DNA from: Bacilli bacterium
Lineage (GTDB): Bacteria; Bacillota_I; Bacilli_A; RF39; UBA660
Length of the DNA: 64,000 bases
Direction: 5' to 3'
Assembly: GCA_017553685.1 (NCBI GenBank)
Contig: JAFZKH010000009.1
Coordinates: forward strand, 144,479 to 208,478
Both the position numbers and the translations under genes were made by a program. The notes below the pieces were generated by a model, which was not told where the DNA came from, did not search any database, and worked only from the letters and a program-made list of their open reading frames with translations. How positions within the stretch are numbered: the first letter of the stretch is position 1; each line of letters opens with the position of its first letter. Below are positions 41,281 to 54,016 of this stretch, one piece after another.

Positions 41281-43161
41281 CTATTTAGTTTCTTTTTCTT
41301 CTTTCTTAGTTTCTTTTTTATTATAATTAGCTACTAATTCATCTATTTCTTCTTTTGTTAATGTTTCTTTTTCTATTAATGCATTAGCAATAGTATCTAA
41401 TAACTTTTTATTTTCTTTAATTATTTTCTTAGTAACATCATATTGTTCAGAAATAATCTTTCTTACTTCTTCATCTATTTCAAATGCTACTTGTGAAGAG
41501 AAGTTTCTACTCTTGTTATAATCTCTACCTAAGAAGATAGATGAAGTTTCTTCTTCTAATTGGATTGGTCCAAGAGAACTCATACCATATTCTGTAACCA
41601 TTGCTCTAGCTATTTTAGTAGCCTTTTCAAAGTCATTTGATGCTCCTGTAGTAACTTCTTTAAACATAAGTTCTTCAGCCACTCTACCACCTAAATAACC
41701 ACTAATTCTATCAAGTAATTCATTCTTAGTAGCTAAGAACTTTTCTTCTTTAGGAAGCATTAAGTTATAACCACCAGCTTGACCTCTTGGTATAATAGTT
41801 ATCTTTTGAACATCATCTGCTCCATCTAATTTAATACCTACAACAGCATGTCCTGCTTCATGATAAGCAACTACTTGTTTTTCATGTTCAGTATATTTTC
41901 TAGTTACTTTTGCAGGTCCCATAATAACTCTATCGTATGCTTCATCTATTTCAGGCATACCAATAGCATCTTTATTTCTTCTTACTGCTAATAATGCAGC
42001 TTCATTAAGTAAGTTTTCTAGATCTGCTCCAGAAAATCCTACTGTTCTTTGTGCTATATAAGAAAGTTTTACTGTTGAGGCAAATGTCTTATTATTTGAA
42101 TGAACTTTAAGAATTTCTTCTCTTTCAATTTTATCAGGAAGTCCAACAGTAATTTGTCTATCAAATCTTCCAGGTCTAAGTAATGCTGGGTCTAATACAT
42201 CTGGTCTATTAGTAGCAGCTATTATAATAATACCTTCATTAGCTCCAAACCCATCCATTTCAGTAAGTAATTGGTTTAATGTTTGTTCTCTTTCATCATG
42301 TCCACCACCTAAACCAGTACCTCTTTGTCTACCTACAGCATCTATTTCATCAATAAATATTAAGCATGGAGCTGTTTGTTTAGCTTGTCTAAACATATCT
42401 CTAACTCTTGATGCACCAATACCAACGAATAATTCAACGAAGTCAGAACCACTTATAAAATAGAATGGAACATCAGCTTCACCAGCTACTGCTTTAGCAA
42501 GTAATGTTTTACCAGTACCTGGATTACCTACTAATAATACTCCTTTAGGTATTCTTGCACCCATTTTAGTAAATTTCTTAGGATTCTTTAAGAAATCTAT
42601 TAATTCTTGTAATTCTTCTTTTTCTTCTTTTAAACCTGCTACATTATCAAATGTAACTTTATTCTTATCTGATTGTAATTTGGCTCTAGATTTACCAAAA
42701 TCCATAGATTTGTTATTAGCAGATAATTGTTTATTTAAGAAGAATAATAATGCTCCTCCTATTAATAAATATGGAAGTACATTAATAATAAATTTAAATA
42801 TAATTCCTGATGTAGGATCATTTTTAGTAGTTACTTTAAACTTATTCTTAGTTTGATATTCATTAATTGTTTTATAAGTTTCATCTGATAAAGGTGCTAC
42901 TACATAATATGATTCATTTTTAGCATAACCTTTTAATTTACCAGTTATATCTATAGTTCCACCATCAGTATTAGCAGATGTAATAACAGTCTCTACATTA
43001 TTCTTTTTTAAGTTAGAAACAAACTTACTATAAGATAAGTTATTTACTTTACTTCCAAAGAATACACTAAATAAATATATACCACCTGCTACTAATATTA
43101 ATATTATATATGGTGCCAATAATCTTCTTGTTTTTTTACTCATTTTCATTCTCCTTCTCAT
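41281..43161 (-). CDS. ftsH: ATP-dependent zinc metalloprotease FtsH
   Basis: N-terminal TMs, AAA module 'GNPGTGKTLLAKA', SRH, 'HEAGHA' zinc motif. Confidence 0.97.
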   Translation of the reverse strand: MRRRMKMSKKTRRLLAPYIILILVAGGIYLFSVFFGSKVNNLSYSKFVSNLKKNNVETVITSANTDGGTIDITGKLKGYAKNESYYVVAPLSDETYKTINEYQTKNKFKVTTKNDPTSGIIFKFIINVLPYLLIGGALLFFLNKQLSANNKSMDFGKSRAKLQSDKNKVTFDNVAGLKEEKEELQELIDFLKNPKKFTKMGARIPKGVLLVGNPGTGKTLLAKAVAGEADVPFYFISGSDFVELFVGIGASRVRDMFRQAKQTAPCLIFIDEIDAVGRQRGTGLGGGHDEREQTLNQLLTEMDGFGANEGIIIIAATNRPDVLDPALLRPGRFDRQITVGLPDKIEREEILKVHSNNKTFASTVKLSYIAQRTVGFSGADLENLLNEAALLAVRRNKDAIGMPEIDEAYDRVIMGPAKVTRKYTEHEKQVVAYHEAGHAVVGIKLDGADDVQKITIIPRGQAGGYNLMLPKEEKFLATKNELLDRISGYLGGRVAEELMFKEVTTGASNDFEKATKIARAMVTEYGMSSLGPIQLEEETSSIFLGRDYNKSRNFSSQVAFEIDEEVRKIISEQYDVTKKIIKENKKLLDTIANALIEKETLTKEEIDELVANYNKKETKKEEKETK

Positions 43162-44464
43162 ACTTAATTATTATATCATAATTACCAGTTTTTATTCTAT
43201 CATATTTAGATTTTTTTATACCTGGAATCCATAATACTTTATCTTCACTATCTACTAGGATTGGATATATATTTCTTTCATTAATATTTATCTTAGAATC
43301 TATAAATATATCTTTAACTTTCTTACTTCCAGATAGATTTAAGACTTCTATTTTATCTCCATCTTTCTTATTTCTAATATATAAAGGAAGTTTAATATCA
43401 TTACTATTTAAATGACATATATAATTATTAGTCATATCTGTTTCTTTTAGAATAGTAAATTTACCATTATATACTTTTACTTCATCAGTTAGTTCATATT
43501 TATACTCAAAATCGTCTTTTAAATAGTCTAAATAAAGAGTTTTATAATCTTTTCTAATAATTATATTATTTGGAAGAAATACGCTTAAATTAGGCTTATT
43601 TGACTTAATAATGGAGATAATACTATCTATATGTTTACTTTCAATTAATTTATAATTATCTAAATAATTTTCTTTTAAGTACTCATATATTACTTTCTCT
43701 ATAATATAGTCTTCTTCCTCTTTTAAAAGATCTAAATTAATAATATTATCTTTAACAACTTCTTTATACTTATTAGATACATATTTATTAACAAATGAAC
43801 TAGTTTTAGAAAGTTCTTCACTAAACTTTAAGTATTTTAAATGAATATCTTTATTTTCATTCTTTAAAACAGGTAATACATGATTTCTATATCTATTTCT
43901 AGTATAATTATCACTTTCATTAGTTTTATCTAATCTATATTCAATATTATTGTCATTAGCATACTTAAGAATTTCTTCTTTTGTATAGAATATAAGAGGT
44001 CTAATTAAAGAATAACCATCTCTTTTAGAAATCTTATTAAACCCAGAATAACCATCTAAAGAAGATCCTCTTGTAATCTTCATAAGAATAGTTTCTACTA
44101 AATCATCTCCATGATGAGCAGTAGCTAAATAACTAGCATTATATTTTTTAATTAACTCTTCGAAGAAGGCATATCTTCTATCATGAGCTTCTCCCTCAAT
44201 ATTTGAAGTATAATTTTCAAATGTAGTTCCTTCAAATATAACATTATTTTTATTACAGAATTCTTTAACAAACTCATATTCTTCTTTAGATTCTTCTCTT
44301 AAAGAATGATTAATATGTGCGCACACAAGTGTGAGTTCTAAGAAATCTCTTAATTTTAAAAATAAATCAAATAATACCATTGAATCAGGTCCACCAGAAA
44401 TAGCCAAAACAACAGTCTGTTTTGGCATAACGTATTCTTTAAGGAATTCAATTGATTTATTCAT
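43136..44464 (-). CDS. tilS: tRNA(Ile)-lysidine synthetase
   Basis: PP-loop 'AISGGPDSMVL'. Conserved position upstream of ftsH. Confidence 0.9.
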   Translation of the reverse strand: MNKSIEFLKEYVMPKQTVVLAISGGPDSMVLFDLFLKLRDFLELTLVCAHINHSLREESKEEYEFVKEFCNKNNVIFEGTTFENYTSNIEGEAHDRRYAFFEELIKKYNASYLATAHHGDDLVETILMKITRGSSLDGYSGFNKISKRDGYSLIRPLIFYTKEEILKYANDNNIEYRLDKTNESDNYTRNRYRNHVLPVLKNENKDIHLKYLKFSEELSKTSSFVNKYVSNKYKEVVKDNIINLDLLKEEEDYIIEKVIYEYLKENYLDNYKLIESKHIDSIISIIKSNKPNLSVFLPNNIIIRKDYKTLYLDYLKDDFEYKYELTDEVKVYNGKFTILKETDMTNNYICHLNSNDIKLPLYIRNKKDGDKIEVLNLSGSKKVKDIFIDSKININERNIYPILVDSEDKVLWIPGIKKSKYDRIKTGNYDIIIKYEKENENE

Positions 44465-44526
44465 AAAAATCACCTTGGTAAGTATTATATCATATATTTT
44501 ATTTAAAGATATAAAAAAGAGAATAA

Positions 44527-45588
44527 TTAATTCTCTTTTGTAATATCTATGAATAATTCATCTACGTCATTATATGTTTTGTATTTTTCTTTATGTTTTT
44601 TCATATAATCTAATTCTTTTAAAGCATCTTTTAACTCTTTTGATGGTTTATTACCTTTTATGTTAAGATAACACTCATTCTTTAAAAATTCAAATATATT
44701 CTTTTTATTATTTGATTCATAATATTCAATTAATAGTTTTTTATACTTTTCAATCTTATCCACAGGAATAACTATTAATCCTAGCCCCTTAGATATTAAA
44801 TAATGATTTGCAAAAATAACTGAAGTTCTTTTATTACCATCAGTAAACATTTGCTTTCTAACTACATATAATAATAAATCAATAGATTTATCCAAATTTG
44901 ATTTCTTACTGGATGTAATCATTAGAATATCTTCCTTAATTTCACTTTCTATAGGAAGTGGTGGTACCCATGTAGTTCCTGAAATTTTTACTGGAATACT
45001 TCTTATCATACCCGCTGTATAATGGAAGCCTTCTTCAACAAGCTTATTAACCATACATAATACTGAATAATCTGTTTTAGATGTAATAACATGCTTATTT
45101 AATATAAACTCCCAAGCATGCTTAAGATTAATAATCTTAAGAGTATCCTCAAATTTCATGTTATTTACAATTCCATTTTCAATAAGGTTTTCAGTATCAG
45201 GTAATGTTGTAGTGATACCTTCTAATATAGCTTGATTATAAATAGTATCTATAAGGTATTTATGAGCAAAATCTATATTAATAGCTACTTCTTCAGTTAA
45301 ATCTTCATCAATATAATCTAATTGTCTAAGTTTCTTTTCTATTGATCTAATATCTTTTTTTATAATCTTAGCTTCTTCATTATTACCAAGTATATAATTA
45401 TAAAGTATTTCAGTATATTCACCCACATACTTAGTAACTTGTACACCATCTTCCTTAGTATGTACATAAATATATTTTTTGTTATGTGATTCTCTAATTT
45501 CAATAGATCCATATATTAATTGTTCAAGTCTAAATTGTTTTATTTGTTTTTGGTTTAATAAATCTAAAATTAATATTTTTTGTGTCAT
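44527..45588 (-). CDS. Fic/Doc-family protein with degenerate active-site motif (His replaced by Gln)
   Basis: 'VVRKQMFTDGNKRTSVIFANHYL' matches the Doc-type Fic motif H.F.(D/N)(A/G)NKR(T) except that the invariant His is Gln. Surrounding alpha-helical Fic core. Confidence 0.65.
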   Translation of the reverse strand: MTQKILILDLLNQKQIKQFRLEQLIYGSIEIRESHNKKYIYVHTKEDGVQVTKYVGEYTEILYNYILGNNEEAKIIKKDIRSIEKKLRQLDYIDEDLTEEVAINIDFAHKYLIDTIYNQAILEGITTTLPDTENLIENGIVNNMKFEDTLKIINLKHAWEFILNKHVITSKTDYSVLCMVNKLVEEGFHYTAGMIRSIPVKISGTTWVPPLPIESEIKEDILMITSSKKSNLDKSIDLLLYVVRKQMFTDGNKRTSVIFANHYLISKGLGLIVIPVDKIEKYKKLLIEYYESNNKKNIFEFLKNECYLNIKGNKPSKELKDALKELDYMKKHKEKYKTYNDVDELFIDITKEN

Positions 45589-45709
45589 ATAATCACCTCT
45601 TTGATTATTATATCAAAGATTTTCAATTATGTGAAACTTTTTTGAATATTTTTAATCAAAATAGTTTCACATAGTTTTAATACAAAAAAAGAAGAGATTT
45701 AATCTCTTC

Positions 45710-48700
45710 TTATTCTGTTAATTCATCTTCTAGGATATCAAGTGGTTCTTCATCATAATATTCATTATCCATAGTAAATGCTACGTTAGAATATTGTTTT
45801 AAACCAGTACCAGCAGGTATTAATTTACCAACTATTACGTTTTCCTTTAATCCTTTTAATTCATCAACTTTACCTTTAATAGCAGCGTCTGTTAATACTT
45901 TAGTTGTTTCTTGGAATGATGCTGCTGATAAGAAGGAATCAGTTTCTAGAGATGCTTTAGTAATACCAAGTAATACTGGTCTACCAGTAGCAGGTTTCTT
46001 ACCTTCTAGGATAACGTTCTTATTAACTTTAGTGAATTCATTAATTGAATATACTTTACCATTTAATAATGTAGTATCTCCAGCATCTACTATTCTAATT
46101 CTATTAATCATCTTTCTAGCAATCATTTCAATGTGTTTATCTGAAATATCAACACCTTGAGATCCATATACTTTTTGTACTTCTTTAATAATATAAGATT
46201 GTACTGTTATAGGATCTGTTACAGCTAATAATTCTTTTGGAGAAATTAAACCTTCATTTAACATATCTCCAGCTTTAACTTCATCACCAACTTGAACTTT
46301 GATTTTAACACCATAATTAGTTGTTTGATCATGAGATTCAGTATCATTTGTTATTGTTACTTTATATTTACCATTTAAGTTTTCAACATTTGTTACTTTA
46401 CCAGAGATTTCAGCTACAGAAGCTTTAATCTTAGGAGTTCTAGCTTCAAATATTTCTTCAACTCTTGGTAAACCTTGAGTGATATCGTCAGCAGAAGCAA
46501 CACCACCTGAGTGGAAGGTTCTCATTGTTAACTGAGTACCAGGTTCACCGATAGATTGTGCAGCCATAATACCAACTGCTTCACCAACTTCAACTACGTT
46601 ATTAGTAGCTAAGTTCTTACCATAACATTTTTGACATACACCATCATGTGTCTTACATGTTAATGTAGTTCTAATTTCTACTTCTTCTATACCAGCTTTA
46701 ACAATTTTATCTGCTATATTTTCAGTAATATATTCATTTTTATCAATAATAACTTCTTTAGTCTTAGGATCAATAACTTTCTTATTAGTAAATCTTCCAG
46801 CTATTCTGTTCTTTAGACTTTCAATAACGTTACCATCTTTTTCATTTACGAATTGTCTTACAACAACACCTTGAATAGTACCACAGTCTTCTTCTTTAAC
46901 AACTACGTCTTGTACTACGTCTACTAATCTTCTTGTTAAGTAACCAGAGTTAGCAGTCTTTAAGGCAGTATCAACGTTACCTTTACGAGTACCATGTGTT
47001 GATAAGAAGTATTCAGACACTGTCATACCTTCTTTTAGGTTAGATGTAACTGGGATTTCAATGGCTCTATTTTGAGGGTCGTTAACTAGACCTTTCATAC
47101 CAGCAACTTGTGCAAATTGGTCCATAGATCCACGAGCACCAGAATCCATCATCATGAAGATAGGGTTCTTACTATTATCTTTAGCTATTTGTTCAAGGTC
47201 AGAAGCAACATCTTCTTTTACTTTTGTCCAAACTTCGATAGTCTTTTCATATCTTTCGTTTTCAGTAATAAGACCTCTCTTATATTGTTTAGCTATATTA
47301 TCTACTTTTTCTTTACCTTCTTTAATTAATTCGGCTTTCTTATCTGATGTAATAGCATCAAATAATGAGAATGTAATACCTGAAATAGTAGAATATTTGA
47401 ATCCTAAATCTTTTAATTCATCTAGCATTGCAGATGTTTCAGATGTTTTATATCTCTTAAAGATTTGAGCAATTAATTTCTTTAATACCTTCTTACCGAA
47501 TGGTGTAGAAATTGGTAACTCTTTAATATATTCTTTAAGATTAGTTCCCATTGGAACAAAGTATCTATCTGGAGTAGCCTTTTCAATATTTTCACTACCA
47601 CCATCGTTAACATATTGATATGTATCTGGTAAAATTTCATTGAATTTTAACTTACCAACAGTAGTAATTAAATATTTACCTTTTTGACTATCTAAGAATA
47701 CTTTATGTTTAAATGAATTTACAGGAACAACTATTCTTGTATGTAAATCAATTTCTTTTCTTTCATAAGCCATTAATGCTTCATTTTCATCTTTAAATAC
47801 TCTACCTTCATTTTCATTAGGTTCTTCTAATGATAGATAGTAGTTACCTAAAACCATATCTTGTCCTGGAGTAACAACTGGTTCACCACTTGATGGTTTT
47901 AAGATGTTATTTGAACCAAGCATTAATATCTTAGCTTCTGCTTGAGCTTCATAACTTAATGGAACGTGTACAGCCATTTGGTCACCATCGAAGTCTGCAT
48001 TAAATGCAGTACATACTAATGGATGTAATCTAATAGCTTTACCATCTATTAACTTAGGAATAAATGCTTGAATACCAAGTCTATGTAGAGTTGGAGCTAT
48101 GTTTAATAATACTGGATGTTCAGCTATTACTTCTTCAACTACATCCCATACTCTATCATCTTGATTTTCAATCATTTTCTTAGCAGATTTAATATTATGA
48201 ACTATTTCTTTTTCAACTAGTCCTCTTATAACATGTGGTTTAAATAACTCTAAAGCCATTTCTTTAGGTAATCCACATTGATACATCTTAAGATTTGGAC
48301 CAACTACGATAACTGAACGTCCAGAATAGTCAACACGTTTACCAAGTAAGTTTTGTCTAAATCTACCTTGTTTACCTTTAAGCATTGAACTTAATGATTT
48401 TAATGCTCTATTAGATGGACCTGTAACATTTCTACCTCTTCTACCATTATCAAATAAAGCATCAACTGCTTCTTGAAGCATTCTCTTTTCATTTTGAACA
48501 ATGATAGATGGAGCATCTAATTCTAATAATTTCTTTAAACGATTATTTCTGTTAATAACTCTTCTATATAGATCATTTAAATCAGATGTAGCAAATCTAC
48601 CACCATCTAATTGAATCATTGGTCTTAGTTCTGGAGGAATAACTGGAATACAATCTAGTATCATCCATTCAGGTCTATTATTTGATTCATTAAATGCATC

Positions 48701-49336
48701 TAATATTTCAAGTCTCTTTAATAATCTTGTTCTCTTTTGTTCTTGAGCATCTTTAAGTTCTTCTTGAATCTTAGCTATTTCAGCAGGAACATCTACTTCC
48801 ATAAGTAATTTCTTAATAGCAGCAGCACCCATTCCAACTTCGAAATCATCACCATATTTTTCATAGTAAACTCTATATTCTTTATCTGATAATGTTTGTT
48901 TCTTAGCTAGAGGAGCTTTACCTGGATCAATAACTACATATGATACGAAGTAAAGAACTTCTTCTAATTCTCTTGGTGACATATCAAGAACTAATCCCAT
49001 TCTTGAAGGTACACCTTTAAAGAACCAAATATGAGATACAGGAGTTGCTAGTTCAATGTGTCCCATTCTTTCTCTTCTTACTTTAGAAGATGTAACTTCA
49101 ACTCCACATCTATCACATATAATATCTTTATATCTTAATCTTTTGTATTTACCACATGAACATTCAAAATCCTTTGATGGACCAAATATTCTTTCGCAGA
49201 ATAATCCATCTCTTTCAGGTTTTAAAGTTCTATAGTTTATAGTTTCTGGTTTTTTAACTTCACCATAAGACCATTCTCTTATTTTTTCAGGTGAGGCAAT
49301 AGATATTCTTAATCCATCAAATTTATTTGCATCCAT
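45710..49336 (-). CDS. rpoC: DNA-directed RNA polymerase subunit beta'
   Basis: Zn-finger '[20 protein letters not shown]', '[12 protein letters not shown]' catalytic motif. About 1200 aa. Confidence 0.98.
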   Translation of the reverse strand: MDANKFDGLRISIASPEKIREWSYGEVKKPETINYRTLKPERDGLFCERIFGPSKDFECSCGKYKRLRYKDIICDRCGVEVTSSKVRRERMGHIELATPVSHIWFFKGVPSRMGLVLDMSPRELEEVLYFVSYVVIDPGKAPLAKKQTLSDKEYRVYYEKYGDDFEVGMGAAAIKKLLMEVDVPAEIAKIQEELKDAQEQKRTRLLKRLEILDAFNESNNRPEWMILDCIPVIPPELRPMIQLDGGRFATSDLNDLYRRVINRNNRLKKLLELDAPSIIVQNEKRMLQEAVDALFDNGRRGRNVTGPSNRALKSLSSMLKGKQGRFRQNLLGKRVDYSGRSVIVVGPNLKMYQCGLPKEMALELFKPHVIRGLVEKEIVHNIKSAKKMIENQDDRVWDVVEEVIAEHPVLLNIAPTLHRLGIQAFIPKLIDGKAIRLHPLVCTAFNADFDGDQMAVHVPLSYEAQAEAKILMLGSNNILKPSSGEPVVTPGQDMVLGNYYLSLEEPNENEGRVFKDENEALMAYERKEIDLHTRIVVPVNSFKHKVFLDSQKGKYLITTVGKLKFNEILPDTYQYVNDGGSENIEKATPDRYFVPMGTNLKEYIKELPISTPFGKKVLKKLIAQIFKRYKTSETSAMLDELKDLGFKYSTISGITFSLFDAITSDKKAELIKEGKEKVDNIAKQYKRGLITENERYEKTIEVWTKVKEDVASDLEQIAKDNSKNPIFMMMDSGARGSMDQFAQVAGMKGLVNDPQNRAIEIPVTSNLKEGMTVSEYFLSTHGTRKGNVDTALKTANSGYLTRRLVDVVQDVVVKEEDCGTIQGVVVRQFVNEKDGNVIESLKNRIAGRFTNKKVIDPKTKEVIIDKNEYITENIADKIVKAGIEEVEIRTTLTCKTHDGVCQKCYGKNLATNNVVEVGEAVGIMAAQSIGEPGTQLTMRTFHSGGVASADDITQGLPRVEEIFEARTPKIKASVAEISGKVTNVENLNGKYKVTITNDTESHDQTTNYGVKIKVQVGDEVKAGDMLNEGLISPKELLAVTDPITVQSYIIKEVQKVYGSQGVDISDKHIEMIARKMINRIRIVDAGDTTLLNGKVYSINEFTKVNKNVILEGKKPATGRPVLLGITKASLETDSFLSAASFQETTKVLTDAAIKGKVDELKGLKENVIVGKLIPAGTGLKQYSNVAFTMDNEYYDEEPLDILEDELTE

Positions 49337-52300
49337 TATTCTTCAACCTCCCCTTCTTCATCGAACTCTTCTGTTTCAATTTCCTCTTCTTCTTTCTTTG
49401 GTGTTAGTTCGATATCTTCTACTTTAACTGGAACTGTTTCTGTTCCATCTTCTTTTTCAAGTTCAGTAATTCCAACTTCTGTTCCATCTTCTTTGATTAC
49501 ATTAACATCTAATCCTAAAGCTTGGAATTCTTTAATTAATACTCTGAAGCTTTCTGGAACTCCAGCTTGATTAATTGGATTACCTTTAACTATATCTTCG
49601 TAAACTTTAACTCTTCCTACAACATCATCTGATTTAATAGTTAAGATTTCTTGAAGGATGTTAGCAGCACCATAAGCATATAATGCCCAAACTTCCATTT
49701 CACCAAATCTTTGACCACCAAATTGAGCTTTACCTCCAAGAGGTTGTTGTGTAACAAGTGAATAAGGTCCGGTAGCACGAGCATGTAATTTATCATCAAC
49801 CATGTGGTCTAGTTTAATCATGTACATAACTCCAACAGCTACTCTACTTTCAAACTTATCTCCAGTTCTACCATCATATAATTCTGTTTTACCATCAGGT
49901 GATAATTTAGCTTCTTTCATGATATCTTCGATGTCTTCAATTGTTGCACCATCAAATACTGGTGTAGAACAATGAACTCCAAGTGTCTTAGCAGCCATAC
50001 CTAAGTGTAACTCAAGTACTTGTCCTAAGTTCATACGAGAAGGAACACCTTGTGGGTTTAAACAAATATCAACTGGAGTACCATCTGGTAAGTATGGCAT
50101 ATCTTCTTCTGGAAGTACTAGTGAAATAACACCTTTGTTTCCGTGACGACCAGCCATCTTATCTCCAACTTGAATCTTACGTTTTTGAATTATATATACT
50201 CTTATTTCTTTACTAACTCCGCTAGGTAGTTCATCATTATCTTTCTTAGTATAAATTTTAACATCATGAACTATACCAGCAGCTCCATTAGGAACTCTTA
50301 ATGAAGTATCTCTAACTTCTCTAGTCTTTTCTCCAAAGATTGCATGTAATAATTTTTCTTCTGATGTAAGTTCTACCATTCCTTTTGGAGTAACTTTACC
50401 AACTAGAATATCGTTTTCTTTAACTTCAGTACCTATTCTGATAATACCATTAGCATCTAAGTTCTTAATAGTTTCTTCAGATACATTAGGAATATCTCTA
50501 GTTATTTCTTCAGGTCCTAATTTAGTATCTCTACATTGAATAGAGAAACTTTCTATATGTATTGATGTAAATGCATCATCTTTTACTAATTTTTCATTTA
50601 ATACAATCGCATCTTCGTAGTTATAACCATCGAATGTAGTAAATGCGATAGTCATATTTTTACCAAGAGCAAGTTCACCTTTATCTGTACTTGGTCCATC
50701 TGCGATTATCATATCTTTTTTAACCTTGTCACCAGCTTTAACAATTGGTCTTTGATGATAACAAGTGTTATTGTTTGATCCTTCATAATTCATTAATGAA
50801 TATACATCAGATCCATTTTTAGTTTTAACAACTATTTTTCTTCCGTCAGCATATTCAACAACACCATCCGCTTTAGCAACTACAGTAACACCTGAGTCTC
50901 TAGCAATCATGTATTCTCCACCAGTTCCAACATATGGAGCTTCAGCTTTTAATAAAGGTAATGCTTGACGTTGCATGTTAGCACCCATTAGTGCACGGTG
51001 AGCATCATCGTGATCTAGGAATGGGATACATGAAGCAGTTACTGAGATGATTTGTTGTGGAGATACGTCTATATAATCGATATCTTTAGTTTTAGCGATT
51101 ATAGTTTCTCCTCTAAATCTAGCTGTAACTTCTTCTTCAACTATTTTATTATCTTCTATTTTAATTGTTGCTTGTGAAATAACATAATCTAATTCTTCAT
51201 CAGCTGTTAGATAATCTATTTCATCTTGTAATACACCATCTTTAACTCTCTTATATGGAGTCATTATAAATCCATAATCGTTAATCTTAGCATAACTTGC
51301 TAGTGATGTAATAAGTCCGATGTTAGGTCCTTCTGGAGATTCAATAGGACAAATTCTACCATAGTGTGATTCGTTAACGTCACGAACTTCCATAGCAGCT
51401 CTTTCTCTAGATAATCCACCAGGTCCAAGAGAAGATAAACGTCTCTTATTAGTTAATTCTGATACAGGATTAACTTGGTCCATGAATTGTGATAATTGTG
51501 AACTTCCAAAAAATTCTCTAATTACAGATGTTAAAGGTCTAATACTAATTAATGTCTTAGGAGTAGCATCTGCTTCTTCTATAGTAGTCATTCTTTCACG
51601 AATAACTTTTTCCATTCTTGAAACACCAATTCTAAATTGATTTTGAATTAGTTCTCCAACTTGTCTAACTCTACGATTTGATAAGTGGTCAATTTCATCT
51701 GTTTGACCAATTCCATGTAATAAGTTTAAGTAATATGATACAGATGCATAAATATCAGAAATAGTTAATCTCTTAACATCTATAGATTGGTCATTACCAA
51801 TAACTTTTATTACTTTTTCTTTATCATTAGGATCAAATACTTTAACTATTTGAACTTTATTATATGTATCTAATTCATCGTTGATTTTAACTTCAACCAT
51901 ATTAGCACCATTATGAAGGTCTTCTTTTAATGAATTAAATACTTCTCTATCAATTAAAGTACCTGCTTTATATTTAACTTTTCCATTAACTTTAATATCT
52001 TCTGCTAATGTTTGATTAAATAATCTATCACATACATCTAATTTCTTATTGTATTTATATCTACCAACTTTAGATAAATCATATCTAAATTGATCAAAGA
52101 AATGAGTAATTAAATGGTTCTTAGCACTATCTAAAGTAGCTGGTTCACCTGGTTTTAATTTCTCATATATTTCTATTAAAGCTTCATCAGTATTAGCTGT
52201 TGAATCTTTTTCTAAAGTATTGATTAGATATTCATCCTCACCAAAAACATCTAAGATTTCCTCATTAGATGATAAACCAAATGCACGTAAAAATGTTGTT

Positions 52301-52875
52301 ATAGTTACTTTTCTGTTTCTATCAATTTTGATATCTACTCCATCTTTACTATTTAGTTTAAATTCAAGCCAAGTACCTCTATTAGGTATAATTTGAGATG
52401 TGAATATATTTCTACCATTCTTATCCATCTCTACACCAAAGTATACACTTGGTGATCTTACAAGTTGTGAAACAATAACTCTTTCTGCTCCATTAATAAT
52501 GAAAGTTCCACTATCAGTCATTAATGGTAGGTCTCCAAAGAATATTTCTTGTTCCTTAACTTCTCCTGTTTCGTTATTAAATAAGCGAGCTTGAACTTTT
52601 AAAGGTGCAACGAAAGATGTTTTTCTTTCCTTACATTCCTTAATAGTAAATCTTGGTTGATCAATAGAATAATCAGAAATTTCAAGTGATAATGATCCTG
52701 AGAAATTTTCTACAGGGAACATGTCATCTAGTACCTCTTTTATTCCTTCAGTGATAAATAAGTCATATGACTTCTTTTGGATCTCTAATAAATCCTTTAG
52801 TTCTAAAGAGTTTTCGTTTTTAGAAAAATCTCTTCTTTCACGGTCTTTACATACTTTTTTAATCTTATAAGCCAC
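49336..52875 (-). CDS. rpoB: DNA-directed RNA polymerase subunit beta
   Basis: Full-length beta-subunit homology including the rifampicin cluster '[34 protein letters not shown]'. Acidic C-terminal tail. Confidence 0.98.
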   Translation of the reverse strand: MAYKIKKVCKDRERRDFSKNENSLELKDLLEIQKKSYDLFITEGIKEVLDDMFPVENFSGSLSLEISDYSIDQPRFTIKECKERKTSFVAPLKVQARLFNNETGEVKEQEIFFGDLPLMTDSGTFIINGAERVIVSQLVRSPSVYFGVEMDKNGRNIFTSQIIPNRGTWLEFKLNSKDGVDIKIDRNRKVTITTFLRAFGLSSNEEILDVFGEDEYLINTLEKDSTANTDEALIEIYEKLKPGEPATLDSAKNHLITHFFDQFRYDLSKVGRYKYNKKLDVCDRLFNQTLAEDIKVNGKVKYKAGTLIDREVFNSLKEDLHNGANMVEVKINDELDTYNKVQIVKVFDPNDKEKVIKVIGNDQSIDVKRLTISDIYASVSYYLNLLHGIGQTDEIDHLSNRRVRQVGELIQNQFRIGVSRMEKVIRERMTTIEEADATPKTLISIRPLTSVIREFFGSSQLSQFMDQVNPVSELTNKRRLSSLGPGGLSRERAAMEVRDVNESHYGRICPIESPEGPNIGLITSLASYAKINDYGFIMTPYKRVKDGVLQDEIDYLTADEELDYVISQATIKIEDNKIVEEEVTARFRGETIIAKTKDIDYIDVSPQQIISVTASCIPFLDHDDAHRALMGANMQRQALPLLKAEAPYVGTGGEYMIARDSGVTVVAKADGVVEYADGRKIVVKTKNGSDVYSLMNYEGSNNNTCYHQRPIVKAGDKVKKDMIIADGPSTDKGELALGKNMTIAFTTFDGYNYEDAIVLNEKLVKDDAFTSIHIESFSIQCRDTKLGPEEITRDIPNVSEETIKNLDANGIIRIGTEVKENDILVGKVTPKGMVELTSEEKLLHAIFGEKTREVRDTSLRVPNGAAGIVHDVKIYTKKDNDELPSGVSKEIRVYIIQKRKIQVGDKMAGRHGNKGVISLVLPEEDMPYLPDGTPVDICLNPQGVPSRMNLGQVLELHLGMAAKTLGVHCSTPVFDGATIEDIEDIMKEAKLSPDGKTELYDGRTGDKFESRVAVGVMYMIKLDHMVDDKLHARATGPYSLVTQQPLGGKAQFGGQRFGEMEVWALYAYGAANILQEILTIKSDDVVGRVKVYEDIVKGNPINQAGVPESFRVLIKEFQALGLDVNVIKEDGTEVGITELEKEDGTETVPVKVEDIELTPKKEEEEIETEEFDEEGEVEE

Positions 52876-53074
52876 TAAAATTCACCCCTAACAATAACAT
52901 TCAAAGAACATGTCCATAAGCCAGAAAAGGACATAGTACCAATTTAAGATTTTAGCAAATAATGGTAGTATAGTCAATACAAATTATAAAATTAATGTAA
53001 ATTTTTTACAAAAAAATGATATTTTTTTAATTACGTGTAATTTCACGAAATTAAATCTTTTTTCTTTTATAAAT

Positions 53075-53100
53075 AAAAAACTAGATTACTCTAGTTTTTT
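53075..53100 (-). terminator. intrinsic terminator after KilA-N gene (core ctagattactctag)
   Basis: 'aaaaactaga ttac tctagttttt' 10-bp stem with flanking A/T runs. Confidence 0.6.
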
Positions 53101-53932
53101 CTAATTCTAATATATTTTTATTATTAATAAATAACTCCATTTGATTTCTTGCTATTTCATTTAATATAACTAATCTATCAGACTGACTAAGACCTTGTTT
53201 AATATATTCAGCATTAATATTCTCTAGGTTATTTAATATAACTAAATGTATTAAATCAGTATAGTCTCTTATATTTCCGTCTTTAGATAACTCAGGATTA
53301 GATATTCTCCAATCTTTAGCTGTCATACCAAATAATGCAACGTTTAATATATCAGCTTCTTCTGCATATACTGTTCTTATTTGTTTATCTGTTAAAGTTG
53401 GAACTATATAATTTTTAATTGCTTCAGTATGAACTAAATAATTTGTTTTAGATAATACCCTATTAGCGTGCCATTCGATTTTATTTTGATAAGCTTCATT
53501 TTTCTTTAATCTTTGAAATTCCGTAATCAAATACAGTTTGAATTCAGGAGATAACCAACTTGCAAATTCAAACGCTATGTCACTAACTGCAAAAGTCCCC
53601 TGACTATATCTACCTCCTTTTGATATAAATCCTATTGAGTTAGTTCTTTTAATCCATTGTGATGGAGACATTGAAAATGTATTGACCCCATATTCTTTTT
53701 TAATTTGGTCGAATTCGACCAAATTAAAATCATTATTATTTAATTCTTCCCATAAACCAATATAATTAATAGTGTCAGTTTTTCTTAACCAATTCTTTAT
53801 TGTAAAAGATAGGTCTAAGCTGTCTGAATGTTTTGCAATATCAGTTAACGAAATATAATCTCTACCATCAAGATAAATAACTCTAACTTCTTGATTATTA
53901 ACATTTAAAACAGTATCTATTTTATTTATCAT
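53081..53932 (-). CDS. KilA-N domain-containing protein (phage-associated DNA-binding family)
   Basis: N-terminal 'EVRVIYLDGRDYISLTDIAKHSD...IKNWLR...INYIGLWEELNN' matches the KilA-N/APSES-like pattern, plus a C-terminal extension. Confidence 0.6.
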   Translation of the reverse strand: MINKIDTVLNVNNQEVRVIYLDGRDYISLTDIAKHSDSLDLSFTIKNWLRKTDTINYIGLWEELNNNDFNLVEFDQIKKEYGVNTFSMSPSQWIKRTNSIGFISKGGRYSQGTFAVSDIAFEFASWLSPEFKLYLITEFQRLKKNEAYQNKIEWHANRVLSKTNYLVHTEAIKNYIVPTLTDKQIRTVYAEEADILNVALFGMTAKDWRISNPELSKDGNIRDYTDLIHLVILNNLENINAEYIKQGLSQSDRLVILNEIARNQMELFINNKNILELEKTRVI

Positions 53933-53992
53933 ATATACCTCCTAAATTGTATATATGATAAATGATAAATACATTCCCTTATACAAAAATAA

Positions 53993-54016
53993 AAAAGCTA
54001 GATTACTCTAGCTTTT
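53993..54016 (-). terminator. intrinsic terminator after methyltransferase gene (same core hairpin)
   Basis: 'aaaagctaga ttac tctagctttt'. Confidence 0.55.

Noticed and set aside
53698-53725. Perfect palindrome 'tttggtcgaattcgaccaaa', checked as a possible tRNA T-arm or operator.
   Set aside because: It lies inside the KilA-N coding sequence and has no tRNA cloverleaf context. It is probably a coincidental or EcoRI-like palindrome.
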